A stretch of 64,000 nt of DNA, taken from positions 558,869-622,868 of the forward strand of contig JBAZNP010000001.1 in NCBI GenBank assembly GCA_041649155.1. The letters run 5' to 3'. The notes beneath the pieces are model-generated. The model made no database searches, was not told where the DNA came from, and saw only the letters and a list, made by a program, of their open reading frames with translations. Below, one piece after another: positions 39,343 through 50,939 of the stretch (positions within the stretch are counted from its first letter, which is position 1; each line of letters opens with the position of its first letter). The stretch is from Patescibacteria group bacterium. GTDB lineage: Bacteria; Patescibacteriota; UBA1384; XYA2-FULL-43-10; 1-14-0-10-43-13. The translations under genes were made by a program, and so were the position numbers.

Positions 39343-39708
39343 GTGATGAAAATAGCATTGCTATATCTTGCTGCTCTTTTTGTAGCAAGTGTTGCTACAG
39401 ATTCGATTACGCGCAACGGAATTAGGGATTTGCTTGAGAAGCTTCGGGAAAAAATTATAGACTTTGTTCTTTGGTGCGGAGCATCTCTTTGGGCGGTTGG
39501 AACACTGGTGCTTGACAGGTTCTTTGCTGGACTTGCGTTATGGATCCTATGGATTTTACTTGGATTGGTAGTAGCCGATACGTTGCCGTGGCCTGCATGG
39601 ACTGTCCTTTTGCCTCACATCGGAGCACCTTTACTTATGCTGGTGTTACAATTCATTTTTCTTCAATGTTTTGGAGATTGTGAGTATGATGAGGTTATTG
39701 GGTACTAA
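39343..39708 (+). CDS. Hypothetical membrane protein
   Basis: Several hydrophobic segments; downstream hairpin. Confidence 0.55.
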   Translation: MMKIALLYLAALFVASVATDSITRNGIRDLLEKLREKIIDFVLWCGASLWAVGTLVLDRFFAGLALWILWILLGLVVADTLPWPAWTVLLPHIGAPLLMLVLQFIFLQCFGDCEYDEVIGY

Positions 39709-39764
39709 AACTATGGCCGTTTGGATATTATATCCGGACGGCCAATTGCTTTAACGTTTGTTAT

Positions 39765-40634
39765 CTATTTGTTCTTATGCGTCAGATTAGTCGGCAAGAG
39801 ATCGTCAAGTGATGGAGCGGTGGGTTCGTTTAGTGTGCCACCACCATAATCTCTTGAGCTGTGCATTGGGTACAGGAGGATTAAAAGATACCCGATAAGG
39901 AAAATAACGCTAAAATATTTAGAAAAAATATTAATCATGGAAATTTCGGGATTACCGGTTTTTAGTATTTTAAAGTCGGTGAGATAAATTGCTTCACAGG
40001 CCCCCATTCCAGTATCTGTCCGGGTGGTGCTTGATGATCTGCCTATTCCGGTTGAAGTATTATTTTTCTTCGCGGAATATTCAGCCAAATATCCCTTTAA
40101 ACTGACCTGATCGCCGACTTTCGCTTTTCTCAGTTCTTCGTAGACTGAAGCATTATTATTTTTAGCAGCCAAAAGATGATTATTTGAAAGATCTTCATTT
40201 GAAAATTTTGCATAAACGGCGTTATCATCTGTTTTAAAAAAGCAGACGAATTCTTCGCTATAAAACTTTGCATTTTGGTAGACGCTATTTTCAATGTTTT
40301 TTCCGTAAACAACACAAATATCTTTTGTATTTAAAGGGTCTGATTTTCTGAATCTTGAGTACCATACTTCATTATTAGCAACAGACACAACTAATCCGTT
40401 TAATTCGTAATCATAGAGTGGGGTTATTTCATAAGTTAGATCACTGGTATTGACTTCAAATTTTTTAGTTTCCGTAGTTTTTTGTACTGGTTTGTTAAAA
40501 AGACTTGGGTCAATCAAACTTTTATCAGGAAGGCGGTTTTGTAGAAAAAAAGTGATGACAAAAACTGAAAGAGAAACTAAAAAGAATATTCCTAAAATTT
40601 TTTGAAGCTTAAAAAGACTGTTCATTAGATACAT
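39765..40634 (-). CDS. Hypothetical membrane-anchored protein
   Basis: N- and C-terminal TM segments; SNNHL and RTDTGMGACE look like conserved motifs. Confidence 0.75.
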   Translation of the reverse strand: MYLMNSLFKLQKILGIFFLVSLSVFVITFFLQNRLPDKSLIDPSLFNKPVQKTTETKKFEVNTSDLTYEITPLYDYELNGLVVSVANNEVWYSRFRKSDPLNTKDICVVYGKNIENSVYQNAKFYSEEFVCFFKTDDNAVYAKFSNEDLSNNHLLAAKNNNASVYEELRKAKVGDQVSLKGYLAEYSAKKNNTSTGIGRSSSTTRTDTGMGACEAIYLTDFKILKTGNPEISMINIFSKYFSVIFLIGYLLILLYPMHSSRDYGGGTLNEPTAPSLDDLLPTNLTHKNK

Positions 40635-40755
40635 TATACAATATTGTCTGATTTAATTTAATTAAATATCAGATTTAAAAAAGCGACCATCGTATTTTTA
40701 ATAAATGGTCGCTTTACCCTTTTATTTTAAGGAATATATTTCTTTAAAAAATTAG

Positions 40756-40938
40756 TTAACGATTTTCCGATTTCTTGCCTTCTTCAATAAGCTCCTTGAC
40801 TCTTTGTCCGCCTTTGGTTCCAATCTCAGAATAGAAGCCTCGTCCATATCTCTGGCTCGTGGTTTTTCCGCCCTTCTTGCCACCTTTTCTGCCAGCTTCC
40901 TGTACGCTCATTTGACCCTTGTTATCTTTCATCTGCAT
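40756..40938 (-). CDS. KGG-repeat general stress / Em-like protein
   Basis: MSVQEAGRKGG..FYSEIGTKGG. Confidence 0.88.
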   Translation of the reverse strand: MQMKDNKGQMSVQEAGRKGGKKGGKTTSQRYGRGFYSEIGTKGGQRVKELIEEGKKSENR

Positions 40939-40975
40939 TTAAAATTCACCTCTTTTCAATTATCCGTTTGAAAAT

Positions 40976-41245
40976 TTACCATTCGTCATATTCACTTTTG
41001 TTTTTTCCTTTGTTCCGTTTCTTATTTTCAGCTTTCTCTCCCTTTTTTATAAGATCCCGTACTTTTTGCCCGCCCTTAGTGCCTATCTCATGATAGAACT
41101 CCGGTCCGTATTCACGACTTGTGGCTCGACCTCCTTTAGTACCTATCTCATGATAGAACTCCGGTCCGTATTCACGACTTGTTGTCCGGCCGCCTTTTTG
41201 TCCTGCTTCCTGTACGGACATTTTAATCTTGCCTTTTTCTGCCAT
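40976..41245 (-). CDS. KGG-repeat general stress protein with two 20-aa repeats
   Basis: TSREYGPEFYHEIGTKGG twice (60-bp tandem repeat). Confidence 0.9.
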   Translation of the reverse strand: MAEKGKIKMSVQEAGQKGGRTTSREYGPEFYHEIGTKGGRATSREYGPEFYHEIGTKGGQKVRDLIKKGEKAENKKRNKGKNKSEYDEW

Positions 41246-41296
41246 TTTTATCCACCTTGTTCCTAATTAATTATTAAAATAATTAAGTCTAAAAAT

Positions 41297-41494
41297 TTAC
41301 ATGTTCTTGCTTCTTCCACGTCTCTTTCCTCCTTCGCTTTCTTTTCCTTTTTCGATAAGGTCCCTAACTCGGTGTCCGCCTTTAGTACCTATATCATGAT
41401 AAAATTCTGGTCCATGTTCTCGGCTTGTGGTTTGACCTCCTTTTTTGCCGGCCTCCTGTACTGTCATTTGGCCCTTTTTTCCTCGCATTTGCAT
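41297..41494 (-). CDS. KGG-repeat general stress protein
   Basis: MTVQEAGKKGG..FYHDIGTKGG; GGAGGTGA RBS. Confidence 0.88.
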   Translation of the reverse strand: MQMRGKKGQMTVQEAGKKGGQTTSREHGPEFYHDIGTKGGHRVRDLIEKGKESEGGKRRGRSKNM

Positions 41495-41633
41495 AATCTT
41501 CACCTCCTTACTTTTTTGTAACGCAAACCCATAGTATATTTAACGGAGCATTGAATCATTAATGAAACACCCAAATAACCCCAAAAGAAATCATTGTTTT
41601 TTTAAGTTAATTAACAAAAGTGGTTTTGTGCTA

Positions 41634-41662
41634 TTGACATCTTCAAAATAATTAGTTAAGAT
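41634..41662 (+). promoter_or_regulatory. Sigma70 promoter upstream of 23S-5S
   Basis: TTGACA-17 bp-TAAGAT; boxA-like GCACATTAACAA near 41928. Confidence 0.65.
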
Positions 41663-41801
41663 CTCTTTAGAAACTCTAAAAGAGGTCTATGGTCAATCAC
41701 TACACCAATGAGAGGGGGACAAGCGGATGAGATAAAATAGGGGTATTTTATTTTTTTATCTCAATTATCCGCTGCGGCGGTTTTTTTTGTCGCAAAAAGC
41801 A

Positions 41802-41847
41802 TAAAAACAACAGACCTGCCTGCCGGTAGGCAGGTGACAAATCGTAC
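41802..41847 (+). repeat. 46-bp composite direct repeat, copy 2
   Basis: 43/46 identical to 20185-20230. Confidence 0.9.
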
Positions 41848-42033
41848 AGATAATACAGATTACGAATTGTACGAAATATCAGGATAGCAATTGTGAGATA
41901 GGGGCTCACAAGTTGAGATTCTATAGCGCACATTAACAATTAAATAACGCTTTATTAAATATTCAACCACATTTAATAAAGCAAAGAGCAAATATATAAC
42001 TTAAATAATAATATTTGTGTAATTTCAAATTTA

Positions 42034-42066
42034 CCCAGTTAGATGGCGTAAGCTTATCTAACAGGG
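42034..42066. repeat. Palindromic element family C (CCCxGTTARAT..ATYTAACRGGG)
   Basis: Same ends as the insertions in pilin leaders at 32814-32862 and 55876-55924. Confidence 0.6.
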
Positions 42067-42229
42067 TGTATATCTTCCGATATAAAAAAATTTCTCAAAA
42101 CAAGTAATTAATATTTCATCCGCCATCTGGCGAGATGGAATCCAGTAATTGCTAGTCAAGATTCTAAGTCGGGCAGTGGGGCAGATACTCAGTAATGAGT
42201 TTTTGCCTTCACTATTCGACCTCTGGAAA

Positions 42230-45070
<2,841 letters not shown>

Positions 45071-45294
45071 TTACAATCTTGACTAGTGATTACTGGGTTA
45101 TTCCAGTATTCTTCGAGCGTTTATGATACCGTTCATTGGCTTCCATCTCCTCACCCTTTCTTCGAAAGGATGAGGGACGATGCTGGTGCATCGGATCTAG
45201 CTCAATTTGTTTTCAAATGTGGATGTGGTTTTAGAATAAAGCCTCATCCTGTGTGAAAGCAAAATATTTGCTTTTAAAATTTAAAATAGTTTTG

Positions 45295-45411
<117 letters not shown>

Positions 45412-45483
45412 CAAAGCTATTTTTTTTATTACAAAAAAAAGACTTGATAAATTCAAGCCTTTTTAATGTGGTTTGCTTTAGAC

Positions 45484-45537
45484 TTAGCAGCTGCCGCATC
45501 CGTCGCAACCTTCGCATCCACCATTAGGATCGTACAT
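45484..45537 (-). CDS. 17-aa Cys/Gly-rich micropeptide MYDPNGGCEGCDGCGSC
   Basis: AAGGAG RBS 7 nt before ATG; regular CxxCxxCxxC pattern; directly downstream of padR. Confidence 0.65.
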   Translation of the reverse strand: MYDPNGGCEGCDGCGSC

Positions 45538-45632
45538 ATTTTACTCCTTATTTTTAGTTGTCAGTTGTCAGTAAATAAGTGAATCAGTTTTTATATAATT
45601 TACAACTGATTTACTTACAACTTACTACTATT

Positions 45633-45992
45633 TTACAGCATTATTGCTTCTCGAAGCAAGGGCAAAACTTCGCCGTAGGATTTTGCTGCGGAACGATGAG
45701 CAGATCTTCCCTTTTCTGTCAGCGAATACATTTTTCTAATTCTTGAGCCAACAGAAATTTCATTTGAAGTTGCGTAACCATCTTTTTCTAACTGATCAAG
45801 AGCTGGGTATATGGTTGATTCGGTTGGTCTGCAAGTCCCTTCGGAAAGTTCTTCAATTCTTTTGACAATTCTATAACCGTAGCTTTCTTTGTCTTTGTAT
45901 AAAACCTTTAAAAGAAAGAATTTAATCAATCCTTGATTGATAAGTTTTCTCCAATAGCCTTCTGAAGTTAAATCCACGTTCGCTCCGTTCAA
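45633..45992 (-). CDS. PadR-family transcriptional regulator
   Basis: YGYRI, TIYPALDQLEKDG, RKMYSLTEKG. Confidence 0.92.
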   Translation of the reverse strand: MNGANVDLTSEGYWRKLINQGLIKFFLLKVLYKDKESYGYRIVKRIEELSEGTCRPTESTIYPALDQLEKDGYATSNEISVGSRIRKMYSLTEKGRSAHRSAAKSYGEVLPLLREAIML

Positions 45993-46185
45993 ATTAAAAA
46001 ATCAAAAATAAAAATGCAAAACTTTTTTACCAATTTTACATTGTGATTTTTATTTTTATATTTTATATTGAAAGACCCCTCGTCTTTCGATGCACATTTA
46101 TAGTATATGATGCTTTATATTTTGTCAAATTTGCGCTTGGTGCTCTAAACGGTTATAATTTGAATGATTTTTAAGAGGAATTCAT

Positions 46186-46809
46186 ATGAAAACTAAACTA
46201 TTTATTGATTTTGATGGTACTTTATTTGATACTAGACGCTTAAAGACAGATTTGTTTAATACCTTTAAGTCAATGGGGTTTGCTGAAGATAAGATTGAAT
46301 TGACGTACAAAAAGGCTTGCGAAGATTATATTTATTCTCCAATTGAACAATTGCAATTATTGCAAGATTTTAAAAAATGCGACGCTAAAGAAGCCACAGA
46401 AAAATTTGAAACACTTTATAAAAAAGTGCCGGATTATTTATTTAAGGACTCGGTAGATTTTTTGGGGAGTTTAGATAGAGAAAAGTATGAGGTAAGTTTA
46501 TTAACTTTGGGCGATGAAGATTTTCAAAAGAAAAAAGTTGAGTCATCTAAAATTGCTAAATATTTTGATAATATTTATTATTGCAGAAATCAAAAGTGGA
46601 TCTTCCTGAAAGAATTGGTTGATCTGGATGAAAAGTTTTTTATTATAGATGATAGGGGCGATGCGATGTATGAAATATCTAAAGAATTCAAAAATAGTAT
46701 ACCAATAGAGATTAACCGGTCGAAAGAAGCACTTGATATTATGGAAAAACCATCGTCTTATGATGGCTTGAGTATAAAAAATTTTGTAGAGGCTACACAA
46801 TATTTATAA
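46186..46809 (+). CDS. HAD-family hydrolase
   Basis: DFDGT motif I, LT, K, IDD motif IV. Confidence 0.88.
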   Translation: MKTKLFIDFDGTLFDTRRLKTDLFNTFKSMGFAEDKIELTYKKACEDYIYSPIEQLQLLQDFKKCDAKEATEKFETLYKKVPDYLFKDSVDFLGSLDREKYEVSLLTLGDEDFQKKKVESSKIAKYFDNIYYCRNQKWIFLKELVDLDEKFFIIDDRGDAMYEISKEFKNSIPIEINRSKEALDIMEKPSSYDGLSIKNFVEATQYL

Positions 46810-46817
46810 AGGGTATC

Positions 46818-46888
46818 ATACTCCAGGGCAAGCCCTGAACCCTGCCCCGATGAATCGGGGCATATTGCGCGGCAAGCCGCGCGGTATT
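46818..46888. mobile_element. Possible IS200/IS605-type end remnant with a nested palindrome
   Basis: CAGGGCAAGCCCTG and GCGCGGCAAGCCGCGCGGTATT hairpins; nested CCCCGATGAATCGGGG; no transposase nearby. Confidence 0.4.
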
Positions 46889-46944
46889 TCACCTTTTTTA
46901 CGCACTGAGTTATTTACTAATATATCTTGTAATAAAGGAGCTTG

Positions 46945-47028
46945 ATGCCTGAACTTCCGGAAGTCGATCCCACTTCGCTAAAGCTTTGCGGGACAAGAAC
47001 AATTAAAAAAGGAGAAACTGATGCCTGA
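46945..47028 (+). pseudogene. Fossil mutM 5' end interrupted by a 30-bp palindromic element
   Basis: Reads MPELPEV-[DPTSLKLCGTR]-TIKKG; removing 46968-46997 restores MPELPEVETIKKG. Confidence 0.75.
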
Positions 47029-47953
47029 GTTACCGGAGGTAGAGACGATTAGGCTGGGATTGCAGAAGACTATAGTAGGTAAAAAAATTGAAAAATTTGA
47101 ATCAAGAGATTCAAAAGTTGTTCAGTTTAAGCCCAAAGACGTGGAGGGAATGTATGTTTCTAATATTGAACGACGAGCTAAGATATTAATTCTTTATTTG
47201 AATAGTTCTCGGCCTCTGGCCTCGAACAATAAATATTCTTCGAGCGAAAGCGAGAAGTCCATTCTTTGTCATCTTAAGATGACCGGCCAATTGATTTGGG
47301 AAGCTTGTTCTGGTGGGACTGAATTTTGCCTCAAAAAGAGTCGGGTTGCTGGCGGGCATCCATCACCGGATTGGGTGGCAAAATTACCAAATAATTATAC
47401 GAGAGCAATATTCACTTTTAATGATAAGTCAGTTTTGTTTTTTAACGATTTGCGCAGATTTGGTTATTCAAAACTATATAATACTAAAGATTTGAGTAAT
47501 ATTTCAGAGCTGAAAAAATTAGGTCCGGAGCCCTTTTCTAGTGAATTTACAGTAGAATACCTGATGAGGCGAGCGGCAAAAATACCAAATCGTAAAATCA
47601 AACAGTTTATTACCGATCAGGAGATAATCGCCGGTGTGGGGAATATTTATGTCGATGAGGCTCTTTTTTATGCAGGAATTTTGCCGACAAGGCCGGCGAA
47701 GGATATAAAATTATCGGAATGGCAGAAAATTCGCGATTCAATAATTAAAGCCTTGGAACTTGGTCTAAAATACGGCGGATCTTCCGAAGATACTTATGTC
47801 GACGCATTTGGTAATCAGGGGACAATGAACGAGCATTGCAATGTTTACAGGAGGACGGGCCAAAAGTGCAACAGAAACGGCTGTCAGGGCACTGTGAAGC
47901 GCATCGTACTAGGTGGTAGGGGCACGCATTTCTGTGAAAAATGCCAAAGTTAG
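47021..47953 (+). CDS. mutM: Formamidopyrimidine-DNA glycosylase
   Basis: MPELPEVE, RRAK, HLKMTG, DLRRFG, GVGNIY, C-terminal zinc finger. Confidence 0.97.
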   Translation: MPELPEVETIRLGLQKTIVGKKIEKFESRDSKVVQFKPKDVEGMYVSNIERRAKILILYLNSSRPLASNNKYSSSESEKSILCHLKMTGQLIWEACSGGTEFCLKKSRVAGGHPSPDWVAKLPNNYTRAIFTFNDKSVLFFNDLRRFGYSKLYNTKDLSNISELKKLGPEPFSSEFTVEYLMRRAAKIPNRKIKQFITDQEIIAGVGNIYVDEALFYAGILPTRPAKDIKLSEWQKIRDSIIKALELGLKYGGSSEDTYVDAFGNQGTMNEHCNVYRRTGQKCNRNGCQGTVKRIVLGGRGTHFCEKCQS

Positions 47954-48094
47954 AATTATGAATTTAGAATTAGGAATCATGGGGCGGAAAATATACATTG
48001 AATATCAATCAGTATTCAGATAAAATATTACTAGTTTATTGAAATGCTTGATTCTAGATTCTTGATTCTAGAATCTGGCTAAAAAGGAATTATT

Positions 48095-49378
48095 ATGGAA
48101 ATTTTACGAAATATGTGGAGGAGAAAATTCAGGACTTTTTTAACTGTAACAGGTATTGCTGTTGGCATTTTTGCATTTACAGTTATGGGTTCTATGGCAT
48201 TGAAATTAAATAAAATGATCGATGGTGGCAAGAAATACATCACTGGCCAGATTACAATCATGCCGAAGGGAACTGATTTTGCTACCGGTCAAATGAGCGG
48301 AATGTTGCCGATAGACACATTAAATAAAATCGCTAAAGTCGAAGGTGTTGAAGCAGTGGAGGGTTCGGTCAGCATAGCGGTTGATGAGCCAAATCCAGAT
48401 GAACCGGTTTCCATGAGTATGAGTACACCACCAACAATTTATTCGCTTGATACAGCTTCAAATTTTAAGAATAAAAACTGGGAAACTCTGGCAATGAAGG
48501 AAGGAAAGTTGATTGATAAAGATAGCGCCGATAATGATATTTCAATCGGTTCAACAGTCGCTTTGGATAAAAACTGGAAGGTGGGCGATACGGTAAAAAT
48601 AAGAGGCAAAGAATTTAAAGTTGCAGGTATTTTGGAAAAGACAATGACAGGACCAGATAGTTATGTTTTTATAAAATTACCAGTAGCGAGAGAACTATAC
48701 ATTGAGTCAAATCCATTTTTGAAATCACTTAGAGATCGTGCGTCAGAAGCGGCCAATATTTCCGATACAGAATTGGCAAAACTTTCACCTGAAGCCAGAA
48801 ATCAGGTTATACAGGCTAAGGCGTTTAAGGTTGAAGATGTCTCAACCGGAGCAGCAGCCTCATGGAAGAGTGATGCTGATCCCGAAGCGGTTGTTAATAG
48901 AATTAAAGATCAATATAAAAATGAAGTTGTTGTATTGTCGCCGCAAAAAATGGGCGAGCAAATCGACAAAGCTTCGGCAACAATGAATGCCATTATTTAC
49001 GGAGCCGCAATGTTGGCTTTAATAGTTGGTATTTTTTCAATAACAAATACTATGGTGATGTCAATTTCCGAAAGAACAAAGGAAATTGGAATTAAAAAAG
49101 CAATTGGTGCTTCAGGTAAATCTATTTCTTTTGAGTATACACTGGAAGCTGGAGTTATTAGCTTGATCGGCGGACTTGTTGGCATGGGAATAGGGGTTTT
49201 GGCAATTTCAGTTATTAATTCGAAAATGGCGAGTAAGGGAGCGGAGATATTCTTAATCGAGCCAAACTTTTTAACAGGTGTTATTATCTTCTCATTTTTT
49301 ATTGGTATTGTGGCTGGATTTATTCCAGCGATGAGAGCGGCAAAGCTCAAAGTTGTGGAAGCGATCAGAGAACTATAA
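48095..49378 (+). CDS. ABC transporter permease (MacB/FtsX family)
   Basis: RTFLT..GI, ERTKEIGIKKAIGA, PAMRAAKL. Confidence 0.92.
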   Translation: MEILRNMWRRKFRTFLTVTGIAVGIFAFTVMGSMALKLNKMIDGGKKYITGQITIMPKGTDFATGQMSGMLPIDTLNKIAKVEGVEAVEGSVSIAVDEPNPDEPVSMSMSTPPTIYSLDTASNFKNKNWETLAMKEGKLIDKDSADNDISIGSTVALDKNWKVGDTVKIRGKEFKVAGILEKTMTGPDSYVFIKLPVARELYIESNPFLKSLRDRASEAANISDTELAKLSPEARNQVIQAKAFKVEDVSTGAAASWKSDADPEAVVNRIKDQYKNEVVVLSPQKMGEQIDKASATMNAIIYGAAMLALIVGIFSITNTMVMSISERTKEIGIKKAIGASGKSISFEYTLEAGVISLIGGLVGMGIGVLAISVINSKMASKGAEIFLIEPNFLTGVIIFSFFIGIVAGFIPAMRAAKLKVVEAIREL

Positions 49379-49429
49379 TCTTAGTTGTCAGTTGTCAGTA
49401 AATAAGTTGTAAGTTATTTAAGGAATATT

Positions 49430-50107
49430 ATGAATAAAATAATTATTGAAGCTAAAGGGTTGGAAAAGTCCTATAAAATGTCTAAAACCAACACGGTTAA
49501 GGCATTAAACGGAGTAGATCTTGTAGTTAATGAAGGTGATTTTTCAGCAATTGTCGGACCTTCAGGGTGTGGAAAATCTACCCTGATGCACATTTTAGGT
49601 CTTTTGGATCGGCCAGATGAAGGGCAAATCACTATTGACGGCGTTGATGTGAGCAAATTAAAGGATAAAATTGCCTATAAATTGAGAGCTCAAAAAATTG
49701 GTTTTATTTTTCAGGGATTTAATTTAATTCCGACCCTAACTGCATTGGAAAATGTTGTGCTTGCTGGCAAGTATGGTGGCCTAAAACTGCAAGCCAGAAA
49801 GAAGAGAGCGATAGAATTATTGGAGTTGGTTGGGTTGAAAGACAGGATGAACCACAAGCCAAACGAGCTTTCCGGCGGACAGCAACAAAGAGTGGCGATA
49901 GCCAGAGCTCTTGTTAACAATCCAACGGTAATTTTGGCTGATGAGCCAACCGGGGAGCTGGACAGTAAAACTTCACTGGAAATTATCGATATACTTAAAA
50001 AGCTTAATAAAGAAAACAATCAGACGTTTTTGATTGTTACTCATAATACTGAAGTCGCGGAGGCTTGCAAAAAGACCATTAGACTTAGAGACGGTAAGAA
50101 CACCTAG
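49430..50107 (+). CDS. ABC transporter ATP-binding protein (LolD/MacB-like)
   Basis: GPSGCGKST, LSGGQQQR, ILADEPTG, VTH. Confidence 0.96.
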   Translation: MNKIIIEAKGLEKSYKMSKTNTVKALNGVDLVVNEGDFSAIVGPSGCGKSTLMHILGLLDRPDEGQITIDGVDVSKLKDKIAYKLRAQKIGFIFQGFNLIPTLTALENVVLAGKYGGLKLQARKKRAIELLELVGLKDRMNHKPNELSGGQQQRVAIARALVNNPTVILADEPTGELDSKTSLEIIDILKKLNKENNQTFLIVTHNTEVAEACKKTIRLRDGKNT

Positions 50108-50155
50108 ATCTTTGAAAATAATATTCAAAGATGCATAATTTATTCTCCTATTTTT

Positions 50156-50671
50156 TCATATGTTTACATATTTTAGAACTTTATTTAGTGCGATTTTAAA
50201 CCAATAAGTATATTTGTCAGGTGATTTTTTAAAGTTTTTCTCCAATTTTTCAATTGAAATCCATTTGTAATTTGAAGCTTCCTCCGGATTAGGTTTTGGA
50301 TTATCATTATGGCAACCAATAAAAACATGGTCACACTCATTTTCTGTAATATTGTTTTCCAATTTTATCTTATATCTTAGTAGAAATATCTCCTTTAATT
50401 CGCAATCAAATCCCATTTCTTCTTTTAGCCGTCTGTGGGCGGCAGCTAGAACATTTTCTTTTGGCTTTGGATGGCTGCAGCAGGTATTGGACCAAAGTCT
50501 GGCGGAATGATATTTATTCTTATCTCTTTTTTGAATTAATAATTCTTTTTTATCATTAAATACAAAAACCGAAATAGCACGGTGCAGACTTCCCTTGATG
50601 TGTGCTATCAGCTTTTCATCAATTCCGATCTCATTATTGGATTCATCTACCAAGATTAGTTTTTCTGTCAT
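50156..50671 (-). CDS. idi: Type I isopentenyl-diphosphate delta-isomerase
   Basis: LHRAISVF, WSNTCCSHP, RRLKEEMG, ENECDHVF. Confidence 0.93.
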   Translation of the reverse strand: MTEKLILVDESNNEIGIDEKLIAHIKGSLHRAISVFVFNDKKELLIQKRDKNKYHSARLWSNTCCSHPKPKENVLAAAHRRLKEEMGFDCELKEIFLLRYKIKLENNITENECDHVFIGCHNDNPKPNPEEASNYKWISIEKLEKNFKKSPDKYTYWFKIALNKVLKYVNI

Positions 50672-50939
50672 TTTTCTAATTTAGAAGGATTATGATCAAC
50701 CATTAATTATTACATGAAAAACTTTTGGTTTGACTGGTACTCGGCTAAGTAGTTTTTTTGCGATTTACAGTTAATATTATATAGAAATAAAAACTGCCTG
50801 GCCACAAGCTAGTTTTTTGTTTATGTGCAGAAAATTTAATTTTCAATTGTCCCGATTAATCTGGGCGACTTTCTTTTTAAAGACATTTTTATTTGTTATA
50901 CTTGCCTTAAAGTAAAGTTAACAAAATCAGGAGTTTAAA

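Noticed and set aside
41076-41195. 60-bp tandem repeat as a non-coding array
   Set aside because: Explained by the duplicated 20-aa KGG motif.
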